A DNA stretch of 64,000 nt from Eledone cirrhosa (GCA_964016885.1 OZ024755.1:28272001-28336000); one strand, 5' to 3'; positions 1 through 12,594 are shown, counted from the stretch's first letter. Translations and numbers: made by a program. The notes: generated by a model from the sequence alone, not told the origin.

Positions 1-302
1 AACATAGAGCACATCTGCATATGGTGTCTTGTCTTTTAGATTTATTGCACTCCTTTCGCCAGGCTCTCTTGTCCGCTACTGCAGTCATGAAATTACCGTG
101 TAAACACCGGACAAACGTGTAAATTTATTGTAATTCATGGTCCCTATCACCGTGGCAAGTTTTACCATGTCGGACATTTGAATTACACGTAATACCCGGA
201 GGGAATGGCTAAGTTAAACTTGATTGAATTTCAATTCAGACTACAGAGAGCCGGAACTAATATTACAAGGAATTTGATCCGATGCGATAAAGACTCGGTC
301 AC

Positions 303-331
303 CTACCACCACCACCACCACCACTACAACA

Positions 332-399
<68 letters not shown>

Positions 400-400
400 A
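303..400. repeat. (CAC)n/(TAC)n trinucleotide microsatellite
   Basis: Direct read; source of the poly-H/poly-Y ORF 205..429. Confidence 0.95.
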
Positions 401-1222
401 TCAACACGGCTATTTCTGGACTAAAGTAAGAGTTTTTTTAGTCTGGTAAATAAATAGCCGAACTTTTCAAGGGTACTTCCTTACATGGAAAGATTGTAGT
501 TGTCAAGGGGATTGGTCAACATTTGTAGCAGACACAGAAAGGTCTATCATGGCAGTGGATGCGGGGTGGGGATAGCTGAACTTGCCTGTAGAACGATAGA
601 GGAGTGGGTAGAGCCGGTCAAGCGTAGCAGGTGAAATCTACACGGCAAATTCTAAGGAATGTGTATGAAAATAGGCCAGAGGAAATGGCGAAAAAAGGTA
701 TCTTTAGAAAGTGGAGGAGGGACGTTATAGAAATAGTAAATCAAATGCGATTAGGGGACAAATAAAAAATATTTAAAAACATGAGAGAAAGATGTAACAG
801 AAAGTAAGATTGGAAAGTGAGAAGAGAAATAAGCAGTCTAACACAGCTGCTAGATTTCGGCCTAAGCCAGAGATTGAGTTGCTAGATGAGAATAATTGAA
901 AAATTTAGAAATAAAAATTAAAAATTAATACCACATATCTGGGGTCTAACACAGCTGCTATGAATAGTTAGTATAGCGTAATCGGCGAATAATCCTATAA
1001 GGTCGGTGACCTCGGCCGAGTCGGTCGCGCCCATGCTGACGTCGAAAGGGGAGTCGGGAGCTCTCCTTTATCCACTTGGAGTTGTTGAAAAGTAGGAGTG
1101 TCTTCCTGGCGTGGAGAATGATATTTCTTTCCTGGTCGGTGATGGGCGCGAGTGTTTTCGCATGGTGCCACTAAAGAAACTTGAGCTGGATGGAAAAGTC
1201 AGGATAAAAGTAGGGTCGGAAA

Positions 1223-2220
1223 GTGCTCTACAACTGGGTCGACTTCTCCACCAAGAACATCCCAATTCCACCGAGAAAACTTTACCTTCGGATGCTCACG
1301 CATAAAATCGACCTTTTTGCGAAAGGACTGAGATGGAGACCTTTTTTCTACGATAGATACCGGGACAACCAGGACTTCGACACCAAGGAGAGATTCAGAT
1401 TCATTACCTACAAATCTCCCCTACCGAACCCTATGTTCTCACCCTTCGAGAATGACCTTTTCCAACTGGTCAAGGGTATTAAATTCAAACCCAGACACAA
1501 CCGATTCCTACAACAACTCCGTAGCAAAATAACGGAGTATGAAAGCACCAACAACATCCTGGTGCACTCGGACAAAACTGGAAACCTCTATTTCGTCAAG
1601 CCGGACAGATACCACTCACTGATCAGGAACATCCTAAACTGCACCTATAAAAAGGCTAACCACTCTATTATCGAGGATATAAATCTAGAGGGACAACAAA
1701 TTACCTCTAGCCTCGGGGTCGCAGACCGCACTGAACCCCTCACCCCACAGACTCCCTACTTCCCACTGAAGGACCACAAATCCGACTTCGACCGCAAACA
1801 ATCCATCAGGCTTATAAACCCGACGAAGTCCGACATAGGGAGAATCAGTAAAACAATCCTAGACCGCGTTATACCAAAAGTTAAGCAAAACGCGAGACTT
1901 AGCGTATGGGTTAGCACCCAGGAAGTAATCTCATGGTTCAGGAATATTGAGGGCAAACGGGACACAAAATTAATCCAGTTTGACATAGAGCGTTACTATG
2001 CATCTATTACCTTACCGCTCCTTAGGGCCGCCTTGGACTTTGCCGAAACACTCGCGCCCATCACCGACCAGGAAAGAAATATCATTCTCCACGCCAGGAA
2101 GACACTCCTACTTTTCGACAACTCCAAGTGGATAAAGAGAGCTCCCGACCCCTCTTCGACGTCAGCATGGGCGCGACCGATTCGGCCGAGGTCACCGACC
2201 TTATAGGATTATTCGCCGAT
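1223..2220 (+). pseudogene. Penelope-like reverse transcriptase fragment (N-terminal region to the MG..SAE motif; frameshift ~2140; no YxDD or GIY-YIG)
   Basis: Motifs SDKTGN, LKDHK, IRLINPTKSDIGRISK, QFDIERYY, then frameshifted FDVSMGATDSAEVTDLIGL, all characteristic of PLE RTs. Confidence 0.85.
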
Positions 2221-2723
2221 TACGCTATACTAACTATTCATAGCAGCTGTGTTAGACCCCAGATATGTGGTATTAATTTTAAATTTTTATTTCTAAATTT
2301 TTCAATTATTCTAATCTAGCAACTCAATCTCTGGCTTAGGCCAAAATCTAGCAGCTGTGTTAGACTGCTTATTTCTCTTCTCATTTTCCAATCTTACTTT
2401 CTGTTACATCTTTCTCTCATTTTTTATTATATTTTTTCTTTGTCCCCTAATCGCATTTGATTTACTATTTCTATAACGTCCCTCCTCCACTTTCTAAGGA
2501 TACCTTTTTTCGCCATTTCCTCTGGCCTATTTTCATACACATTCCTTAGAATTTGCCGTGTAGATTTCACCATCTACGCTTGACCGGCTCTGCCCACTCC
2601 CCTATCGTTCTACAGGCAAGTTCAGCTATCCCCACTCCGCACCCACTGCCATGATAGACCTTTCAGTGTCTGCTACAAATGTTGACCAATCCCCTTGACA
2701 ACTACAATCTTTCCATATAAGGA

Positions 2724-2831
2724 AGTACCCTTGAAAAGTTCGGCTATTTATTTACCAGATTTAAAAAAACTCTTACTTTAGTCCAGAAATAGCCGTCGAA
2801 ACGGCTTGAGCTCTTCCGTCGGGGTCATACT
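2724..2831 (+). ncRNA. Type I hammerhead ribozyme, U3-A8 variant, in the PLE 3' end
   Basis: AGTA-CCC TTGAAAA GTT CGGCTATTT..AAATAGCCG TC GAAAC GG..CC GTC^ GGG-GTCA-TACT; all three stems pair by eye. Confidence 0.7.
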
Positions 2832-2834
2832 CTC

Positions 2835-2935
<101 letters not shown>

Positions 2936-3220
2936 GATAACCACCTGCAACAGCACTCAACAAAACCTTGGCAAAACAACGTGCGTGATATGCAACAAGA
3001 TTGCGTAGATCTAGTTTCGGACTAAAAAAAAACACATGGTGGTGCATAAAGATTGTGTCGCACAGGGTGACACCACTGGTCCTGTGGAAAGCACAACTCT
3101 CTTCTGTCACTTGTGTCGTAAACCCATGCAGATCTACAGCTGGTCTACAAAGTCATCTACGAAGTCATGGACGCAGATGGTATGACAACGAAGAATCATT
3201 AAGAGACGGCAATCAGGTAT
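2936..3220 (+). mobile_element. Degenerate RTE-like LINE 3' fragment
   Basis: Translation ends CVVNPCRSTAGLQSHLRSH, resembling an RTE C-terminal zinc-finger-like end. Confidence 0.45.
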
Positions 3221-4038
3221 GTATATGAATATTATTTATACGGCCCTTTCCCTTCTGAGTTCAAATCCCGCCGAGGTTAACTTCGCCTTTCATCCTTACA
3301 GGATCGATAAAATAAAATACCAGTAATGCACTGGGTATTTGCTGACCTTGTGCCAAAAGTAGAAACAATTATTGATATGTCTGGGGGAAAGCAAGAAATG
3401 TTTTAGATATATATTTCTGACAGAGGTGTGTAGGCGTCAGACTCGACATCAGTACAAAGGTTAGTGGGTGGGGCCAGGGACAGCAATCTCTCCAGCATCA
3501 TCTACAAAATCATTATACAGCAGCAACATAAACAGATAAATATCAACACGAACACAACAGTTTGTAGCTGAACATAACAACAACCATAACAAAAAGTAAA
3601 GCGACAAATATAGATTAAATTATCGCTAGATCTGGAAGAAGTAATTGTTAAACCTCCCTTCTAGGAAACACACCCTTCTGATTTAGAAATTCATGTGCAT
3701 TAGATTGATAATATTGTCGTGGACACACATGAAAAATATATATATGACAGACTGAACTAAAGATAGCATTATGTGCTATTAAGTTTGGCATGGCCTGGGC
3801 CAATACTGGCCAAAACTTATCAAAGTTATCTGAGCTTCAATGCCTTTCGGTCTGTTAGTTCAGGAGGAAATACAAACAACAACAAGGACATGTAATGATT
3901 CTTAGAAATATAGTTTGTTATTCGAATGACCCACAATTTAACGTTTCCTACTCACTCGGTCGCGATCGTAATATGAAATATTGGTACATTTGTGGCTGCG
4001 TGGATAAATACTTGGACGTACACACACATACACACATA

Positions 4039-4649
4039 CATGGTGGCTGCCAACTCGTTTTCGAGTACGGCCACTACTTTATACCCATGTAGGAGAACTC
4101 CTACCGATGCGCTGAACGAGTGTGACTTTTTAGTCCAGCCAGCGACTTGAAAACTCTGGTACAAACACTACACTTGTGACAATTATTGCCACATAGTGCT
4201 GGGTCCATGGTACCATGTGACGACAAGTGCAGAGAGATCTTCAGATATAAAGCAATGCCTGTGCCGTGAAGCTTTTATAGTGAGCAAAGGCACTGCACAA
4301 AGCCAGTCCCACTCTCTTAACCAAGATGATATTTACCAAAAAGAAGAACAAGTCAACATCATTGGATACCATCAGGGTTGCAGGTGTTATATCCGAGTTT
4401 TCCCTCTCCTAGAATTCTGCCTTGACAAAGGCTAAGGAGTCATCTCTCCCGGTGATTTTGGATGGCCATTGATTCTTAAGAGCTCCTTTGCCCTTTGACA
4501 GGTTTTGTTTTTAATCCTGCAGGATGTCCAAAGTCACCCTCCTCACCAAGAAACCTTGGTGGGGTTGCCAGTTTAGTCGCCAACGACCTGACCATGAGAC
4601 GGGTTGTACTGGGATACATGTTACCAGTAGCACCAGCTGGTGACCTGAC
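4039..4649 (-). mobile_element. ~610-bp non-autonomous element (probably RTE-derived), copy 1, flanked by (TACA)n-like repeats
   Basis: Near-identical to 22274-22884 and 38920-39515. Minus strand has CTAGGAGAGGGAAAACTC, a motif recalled from RTE 5' UTRs. Orientation is inferred. Confidence 0.75.
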
Positions 4650-4721
4650 ATACATACATACATACATACATACATACATACATACATACATACATACATA
4701 CAAATTCTAGGAGAGGGAAAA

Positions 4722-5586
4722 ATTGACCAATTTACAGAAAAAGTTGTGCATGGATACTTGAGGCGTAAAACACAGACCATAGAGGGGATAAACCACTCAA
4801 AAAGCCTGGCATGGAGTTCCGACAAGTTTATGACATCACACCTTGAGGGATATCTCTATGCAATACAGGAACAAGAACTCCCTACCAAATATCTGCTGCA
4901 CAAAAGAGGAGGGCCAGCAGCTGACAATAAATGTAGGCTATGTAAAACAAAGATCGAGGATGTAAGCCACATTGTTGCCAGCTGCGAAAGAATGTCATCT
5001 CGCTACTACCTCCCCATGAGACACGATGGGATAGCTAGAACCATCTGGAACGCACTTCGGAAAACAAAATTAACAACAAACGAGGAAGAATATATTGAGA
5101 CAGATGGCACTAAGGAATACTGGTGGAACCTGAAAATAAAAACTGCCACCAAATTAAAGCACAACCGGCCTGATATTGTAGTTTGGGACCACACATTGAA
5201 AACGTGTTCTGTTGTGGAGATCAGCTGCCCACTTGATGTAAACGTTGTCAGAAAAATACAGGAGAAGGAGGACATCTACGGACCATTGATGAGGAATTTA
5301 CAAATCCAGTATCCAAGATACACCTTTAGCTTCATACCCATCATTATTGGTGCTACGGGTTATATACCAACCCGCTTGGACCAAAGTATGACTGAACTTG
5401 GATTTGCGGACAAAAAGCGCAGCTCCTTAATTCATAGTCTACAAATGGCTGCGATAGCTGGCACCTTCAAAATTTGCAAAACATTCTTGCGATTCAAGGG
5501 ATGACAATTTCTTTTCTTTTACAACCTTGCCACCAGGAAGGTGGCCGGTCAAAAAAATATACTCGAAATTAAGAGAAAGAGAAAAC
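4722..5586 (+). mobile_element. 5'-truncated R4/Dong-like non-LTR retrotransposon (CCHC knuckle + restriction-like endonuclease), in (CATA)n
   Basis: ORF 4746..5504: AIQEQ, CRLC..E...HIVASC, RHD, RPDIVVWD..VVEISCP, K..Y..L, IIIGATG; short 3' UTR then (CATA)n. Confidence 0.9.
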
Positions 5587-5911
5587 ATACATACATACAT
5601 ACATACAGATATACACACACATACTCTCAGCCAACTGACAGAGAAAGAAGGACAAACAAGGACCGAGATATGAACTCTCCTCTCGAAATATGTCTGTAAA
5701 AAGTAAGAATTTTTCTTCCACTTTTTATTATTCGTATAAATATGCAACATAACCACATTATGCATATCCGCAGTTGAAAAAGCATATAATGTTAAAACCG
5801 GTATTATTAAATGCGGAAACATCCACATTATAAATAAATAAATGTTATGATATTATACTGAATCTCTTGAACATTTTCTACTGAGAAAATATTTTTCCTC
5901 TGTACTATTTG

Positions 5912-6067
<156 letters not shown>

Positions 6068-6079
6068 TGTGTGGCGATT

Positions 6080-6580
6080 GGTTCAACTTTGCAGATGATT
6101 GCCGACTCCCTATGCAGCCCATCAACCATCACCAACTCCAAACGTCCATCCATGGCCCCTTAGGTGGCTTTTTAAGTCCAGCATTAGATTTGCACGGTTT
6201 GCAGCAAATATGACAGACTAAAGATGTACTCTCTATTGGATTTAAGACCAGAGATTGATTTACAGATCTTTTTGTGCACCACACACGCTGTCTCACCTAG
6301 CTTTGGAGGGATGGCGCTGCATACAGTTGGCCTTTTATGTGATTTTAAATGAGTGATGTACCCAGACATCTCACACATCCAGCTCTCTATGTTCTTATTG
6401 AGGTTCGAAGCTGATGTTTAAGATGTTGATGATCAAGACATCTCTCTTCAGGCATTCTGTAGCCTTCCTGCACAAGCCCTCTCCATTTACCCCTCTTTAA
6501 AGCAAGCACTTCCCAGTTCTGAACATCAAACTGTAGGTCTTTAAGGTTGTTTTTTTATGCAATCCTTATATCTTTTTCTT
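6080..6580 (-). mobile_element. Degenerate RTE LINE 3' fragment
   Basis: Minus-strand translation has KDCIKK..WEVLALKRGKWR..CKSISGLKS, an RTE C-terminus-like sequence. Confidence 0.5.
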
Positions 6581-6582
6581 GG

Positions 6583-6645
<63 letters not shown>

Positions 6646-6837
6646 TAAAACAATGAAATAAAAAATCAAGTCATTAGAGATATTTTTTATTTCATTGTTT
6701 TAACTTATATCATGACTCTGTTTTCTTTTTAATGTTTTATTGTTTTCTGAGATTTATCTTAACCTACAACATTTTCAACATATGGATTACATTGACTTCT
6801 TCATACAGAATAGACCCCACAACTTACAGTGGATACC

Positions 6838-6871
<34 letters not shown>

Positions 6872-6873
<2 letters not shown>

Positions 6874-7073
6874 ACAAACAATGTGTGGCAAGAACCAGGT
6901 GAACCATAACGCACCAGAGTACTCGATACTTAGGGTAGTAGAGTGGGTAATAGGAAAAGAGTCAGGACCCCGACGGCTGAGCTCTGGCCGTTTCGACAGC
7001 TAAATCCGATCTAGTTCGGATCTAGCTGTCGCAACGGCCGGAGCTCAGCCGTCGGGGTCCTGACTCTTTTCCT
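6872..7073. mobile_element. PLE 3'-terminal fragment (relative of the 2780-2838 family) with fold-back, in (TA)n
   Basis: GGAAAAGAGTCAGGACCCCGACGG..CCGTCGGGGTCCTGACTCTTTTCC inverted repeat; shares the HHR stem III/I sequence. Confidence 0.75.
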
Positions 7074-7539
7074 ATATATATATATATATATACATACATA
7101 ATTGTATACATACATACATTTATACGTACATACATACATATATACGTACATACACACATATATAAAATTCCATTTGCGTGCATATATATATATATATTTC
7201 AAATCATATACACAACCAAACGAGGACAAGGTTGACGTGGTTGTTCAACCTTATAGGCACGGCAACTAAACCCACTCCCAAGCAATTAAAGCACTCAACC
7301 TTAGATAAGGAAAATGTTAGATATGTAACGAGTGGGGTTTGGTATGACAGGAATATTTGTGGCAATAGATCTTATCGATCACGCCTGTCATTGGCTAATC
7401 AAACACAACATAGATATACTTACAAATACATATTTTAAATTCTCGTTTATTTCCCCTCTAGTATTAGCAATACTTTCCTATACAGTCAGATTACTCCTTA
7501 TTTACCCCCTTACCCCTTTACCTTCTGGAACCCCAATGC

Positions 7540-7760
7540 TGCGACACGTTCTCCGCCTCCAACTCCGTCGCTTCGGCGTCAAACCCCAACATCGCGGCCC
7601 ACTTCGCAGAAGGACGTAAAATTAACAAATACCGGGGTTTGTCCGGCCGCCTCCTCTCTGCACCCGTCGCCGTCGAGACCTCAAGATCGGAGCGTCGGCG
7701 GCCCGTCTGAGAAGGGATCCCCGCGAGTTTGGGTGGCTGTTGCAGCGGGTGTCACTTAAA
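7540..7760 (+). mobile_element. CRE-like RLE LINE fragment
   Basis: DTFSAS..AEGRKINKYRGL..PVAVETS; similar to 11706-11960. Confidence 0.6.
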
Positions 7761-8394
7761 AAATGGTAACAACAAAATAGTTAAATAGTGTAGGTCTGGA
7801 AATTTAATTCAGCTTGTTACCATTTTTTAAGTATTTCCATCATTGTATAAATTTTGTTCAATAAATATAAGGGCTTTCATCGATAAAAAAATGTCTTAAG
7901 TAAACTATATAAAATAAAAACATATCTCTTAAACTGGACATTATCACATTAAAGGAAGAGACACATGATAACATGCATGAGAAAAAAATTAAAATAAGAT
8001 AACTCAAGAGGAATGTTTGTTAATAGGTTTCCACAATCCGGGTCGGCTCGCAGCCAACCAAACTCATATAGACCAGAAAAATAAATATTCAGACCAACGC
8101 ATTACCCGTTGCATTCATGCAATATTTTGTCGTTTACTTCCCTACTGGTATAACACATTTCAATCTTTGCCTCCCCTTTCCGAATAGATAACAGTTGTAG
8201 TATCCTGTTTAGAATATAGCTCCTATCCTACTTCAGTTTTTTAATTGTCTCATATTTCTTATATAATTCATTGTAGGCCGACTCGCATCTGCGGAAACAG
8301 ATACAAGTACCCTACACCTGTTTATTTTGTATGTATGATTGTGTGTTCATGAACATGTCCGTATGCATATACACAAACATAAGTAAACACACAT

Positions 8395-8458
<64 letters not shown>

Positions 8459-8721
8459 GTATGTATCCACACACACACACATGTATATATACACACACAC
8501 ACACACACACACAGACACACACACACATTTATATATCAAAACACTCACCCTTATGTGAATATAACAATATCTATTTTCACATAAATAAAACACGCAATCG
8601 GATGAGCAAACTCGCACGCACGCACATAAACACACACCCACACCCATATATGTGTGTATATATATATATATATATACACACATATATATATATATATATA
8701 CACTTATACTCTGCTATATAC

Positions 8722-8834
<113 letters not shown>

Positions 8835-9238
8835 CATATAGGCCTGCATGTATGTATATATGTATAATACATATATATGATTATGAAATCTGCCACTTAT
8901 ATTTCATTTCATTGAGATGTCATATTCTTCATATCTCTTTTCAAATTCTTGCTTCTGGTCGTCATCAAACTCTAACTTCCTGTCTCTGAAAATCCCAAAA
9001 GTCAATGTCAAACGATCCACCCTGTTTTAATTAGATTCCTACCCACCTTAGAAGTCCAAAAACACTCGTAAAATTAATTAACAGCAATACATAGTACTAC
9101 CTCTTAAAGCTGCAACGACCTAATTTCTTCATTCCACACCCTAATAAAACATTATGGAAATACGAGAAGAAACGATAAAACAAGCCCCCACCCCTATTAC
9201 TTTGTGGTGCATTTAACGGAAAGTACAACTAACAACAG

Positions 9239-9296
<58 letters not shown>

Positions 9297-9380
9297 CTCG
9301 CACCAACCGGAGGTATATGGTCTTTAAAGCGATGAAATACCAATGATGGTTGGAAGATCACTGATGAAGGACTAACTTTA

Positions 9381-9456
<76 letters not shown>

Positions 9457-9460
<4 letters not shown>

Positions 9461-9892
9461 GTAGGAGGTGAGTTTTATTGTAGTACAATAAAGCAATGCA
9501 GATATCGGATAAGAAGCACTCAAAAGTTTGTGGGACTGGAGTATGCATAATATAAGATCAAAAGATGGTTAAAGGAGTTCCATATATTTTATTTTATTAT
9601 GCGCATTTCAAAAACAAACATCATCAAACAATAATATTTGCGTTTTCATCAGATAAAACAGGAGAACATGATATGAAGGCTAAAAAACACTTGTTGATAG
9701 TGCAGTTTTAAATCAACATATCATATGTTGATTTAAAACTGCACTATCAACAAGTGTTTTTTAGCCTTCATATCATGTTCTCCTGTTTTATCTGATGAAA
9801 ACGCAAATATTATTGTTTGATGATGTTTGTTTTTGAAATGCGCATAATAAAATATATGGAACTCCTTTAACCATCTTTTGATCTTATATTAT
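9457..9892. mobile_element. HHR-bearing (TA)n-embedded element, family C, as a ~345-bp fold-back palindrome (centre ~9722)
   Basis: Arms 9547-9720 and 9724-9892 are reverse complements; other copies at 16996-17460, 50056-50400 and 63200-63460. Confidence 0.8.
9785..9853 (+). ncRNA. Type I hammerhead ribozyme, family C (mirror copy at 9591-9659 on minus)
   Basis: GTTTTAT CTGATGA [stem II] GAAAT GCGC ATA^ ATAAAAT. Confidence 0.8.
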
Positions 9893-10019
9893 ATATATAT
9901 ATATATATAGTGTAAGAACAATGGAAGGTGATATCCGTAGTGGAAGAGTACTCAGTCCATGGGATGAGTTAGGTAGTGGTTACACAACAGTTAGTTCATG
10001 AACATGGTTATAACCCTGT

Positions 10020-10069
10020 CCATTACGAGCTGAGGAACCGCTAAGGTGAAACAATTGTTCTCGGTATGG
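10020..10069 (+). ncRNA. Minimal type I hammerhead ribozyme, family D
   Basis: CCAT-TA-CGAG CTGAGGA ACC GCTAA GGT GAAAC AATT GTT^ CTCG-GT-ATGG; palindromic loop III. Confidence 0.85.
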
Positions 10070-11479
10070 TGAACTAACTGTTGTGTAACCACTTCTATAT
10101 ATATATATATATATATTAGGTATAGGATTATCCTAGATGTAGTAATGGTTAATTACTACACTGGAGCCTCCTACCTCAACATTTTGATTAAGATATCTAC
10201 AAACCACTCTCTCCTATTTCTCCAACCCCTGCATATCTTTCTCTCTCTCTCCTTCTCCCCTACTTTTCTCTCTTCATTTTCTACTCTATCTTCTCCAATA
10301 ACCTCACTTAAGGGTATTTACATTGTACATTTTAACCATTCTGCTCTGATGATACAGTGGTCACAGCATTTGATATTTGAGTTCTGCAAATAGTTGATAA
10401 TTTGCACATAGCATAAACTAGGCTGTACTACCACCGTGGAAACATTTGTAAGCACACGGAATAAATTACCTTTTTTATGATGTCTACCTGTTATTATTCA
10501 TTCTTTATATATATATATATATACTATCTGCGACCGATAGATAGTATTAGTAATTACAAAGACCAATGGAAACAGCGGTAAATACAAAATGATAGGAAAC
10601 GAAGGAGTAGACATTACAATACAACGGGAGGAAACATAATTATACCATTGATGATGTTACAGGTTTGTGATGAAAGAACTTTGATAGACTATATATATAT
10701 TTACATCTGCATTTTTAACCGTTTGTTAATCAATGATAAACATTGATTGCCAGCTAAATTAAGTATAGGGATATAAAATATGCAGAAGTGAAAACCATTC
10801 CAAACCAAAGAGTGAGTGTGTTTTATTATTATTTATGGAAATATTATAACAATATGACCCTCCCCACATATAGCAATATGACCCTCCCCACATATAGCAA
10901 TATATATATATATAATTTCGTGGAGCTACTGTTGTTGATTGTGTCTTAGTTTAGCACCAAGCCTCCTATTCACGATTGGGTCTAGCTATAATCGAAAAGA
11001 TTTCAATCGTTGCCAGCGGTGGTAGGGAGTTCTGTATTATATTAGATACGAAATATGTTTCCTCATCAATAGGGAAATATTCCGCTAATCTAAGGAAGGA
11101 ATCTTTAACACCAATGATGAACTCACAAACAAATGTTTCGATATACAATGATGTTATTGTAATGTTTTTGTAATATTTTTTTCTTAGGGGTGGTTTTGAT
11201 TTATTTTTTATCAGAATTTCTGCCATAATTGAGCTGGTCGATGCTCATCAAATCCGGTTCAGCAACGGCTATTACGTCTTTCGGTTTTGCCAATAATCAT
11301 CTATTTCCCAAACAGCGAGCAAAGGTCACCTCAAATGCTGCGGCAGCAATCCTTCAAATGGGGTTTCGCATATTTTCTTTCTCGTGACAAATTCTACACA
11401 AATTGTAGAAGACAGTTGAAAGTAGTAATGGAAGCTCGACTCATGAACCACAAAATTGTATGGCGATCGTCAGAAGCTC

Positions 11480-11586
11480 TTCGGATTTACCGAATTTCCC
11501 GTCTTTCTTCGGCCTCCAGGACGCATGATAGATTTTTTAGACTTATGTTAGGGAAAAAGTAGCGTTTTCGACGCCGGAAAATACGA
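11480..11586. mobile_element. Tc1/mariner (pogo/Tigger-like) MITE terminal fragment
   Basis: ..TTTTTAGACTTAT..CGACGCCGGAAAATACG; related copy at 58690-58773 ends GGAAATACGGTA. Confidence 0.5.
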
Positions 11587-11705
11587 TAAATATCGTATTT
11601 TAAATTCAAGGTCAAGTGTCATATTCTATGCATGGCATGCTCCAGTAATTCCTGAGAGTGTCGTAGGGACGTCGTATTGACATACGACGTTTCTAGGGCA
11701 TATTA

Positions 11706-11960
11706 TTGAGAAGAAACATGGACGCAGCTGGCTTTCCATCTCAACTGGAGCCAGCTGGCCTAAACCGCGTAGATGGCAAGCGCCCCGACGGAATTACCCT
11801 CTTCCCATTCGAAGGAGGTAGATCCCTCATCTGGGACGCCACCGGCTGCGACACGTTTTCCGCCTCCAAGTTAGTCGCTTCGGCCACAAACCCTGGCATT
11901 GCAGCTCGCCTCGCAGAAGAAGGTAAAATAAACAAATACCGGGATTTGTCCAGCAAATTC
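11706..11960 (+). mobile_element. CRE-clade-like RLE LINE endonuclease fragment
   Basis: LEPAGLNRVDGKRPDGITLFPF..GRSLIWDAT..DT..AEEGKINKY. Confidence 0.75.
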
Positions 11961-12594
11961 TTTTGTCGTCTTGTCAGCGGGGCGCAGTACTTCGGCCTTC
12001 TTGCCCTAAGCTCAAAGCTCAAACACCCTCCCCTTCACCCTTCCTCTCCCTTCTGTGACATCAGAGCTCTTGCCATTCCCTCCTGTCCCCGTTCTTTTTC
12101 TTCTTTCACTCTTTTTTTTTCTATACTTCCCTGTTCTTTCTTTTCTTTTCTTTCCCTTTTTAAAATTTTTTCTGACTAAATTTTATTTTAAAAATAAACA
12201 ATACCTGATTTAAACAAAAAAAAAAAAAAAATTAAACCTGGCTGAAAGGAAAATATCTGTTCCAGAGAAAGCGAGATAGGCGGAGTGTAGAAGTGGCCAT
12301 GTTTTATCCATCAAATATAAATAGATTATTTTCCTTTCATCCTTACGGGGTCGATAAAATAAAAGTACCAGTAATGCACTGGGCGATTGCTGGCCTTGTG
12401 CCTGAAGTAGAAACAACTATTTTCCTTTAGGATATTGATGATATCTACTGACGTTGCAAAAGTATCGCTTGTTATTGAATGTGTTTTGTGTGTGGAGGGA
12501 GTTGGACGGAAGAAAGAGGATATTTAATGCAAACACTTGTAACGTCTAACTATTGACTTACCTAAATAACATCGATTGTACCTTGTCATTTGGC

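Noticed and set aside
4042-4125. Possible HDV-like ribozyme at either end of the 610-bp element
   Set aside because: P1/P2-like pairings can be drawn, but P1.1 and L3 do not fit the HDV fold; needs a structure-descriptor search.
4196-4435. Repeated 79-aa ORF (also 22431..22670, 39134..39358)
   Set aside because: Recurs only because the repeat copies are young; non-ATG start and no recognisable domain.
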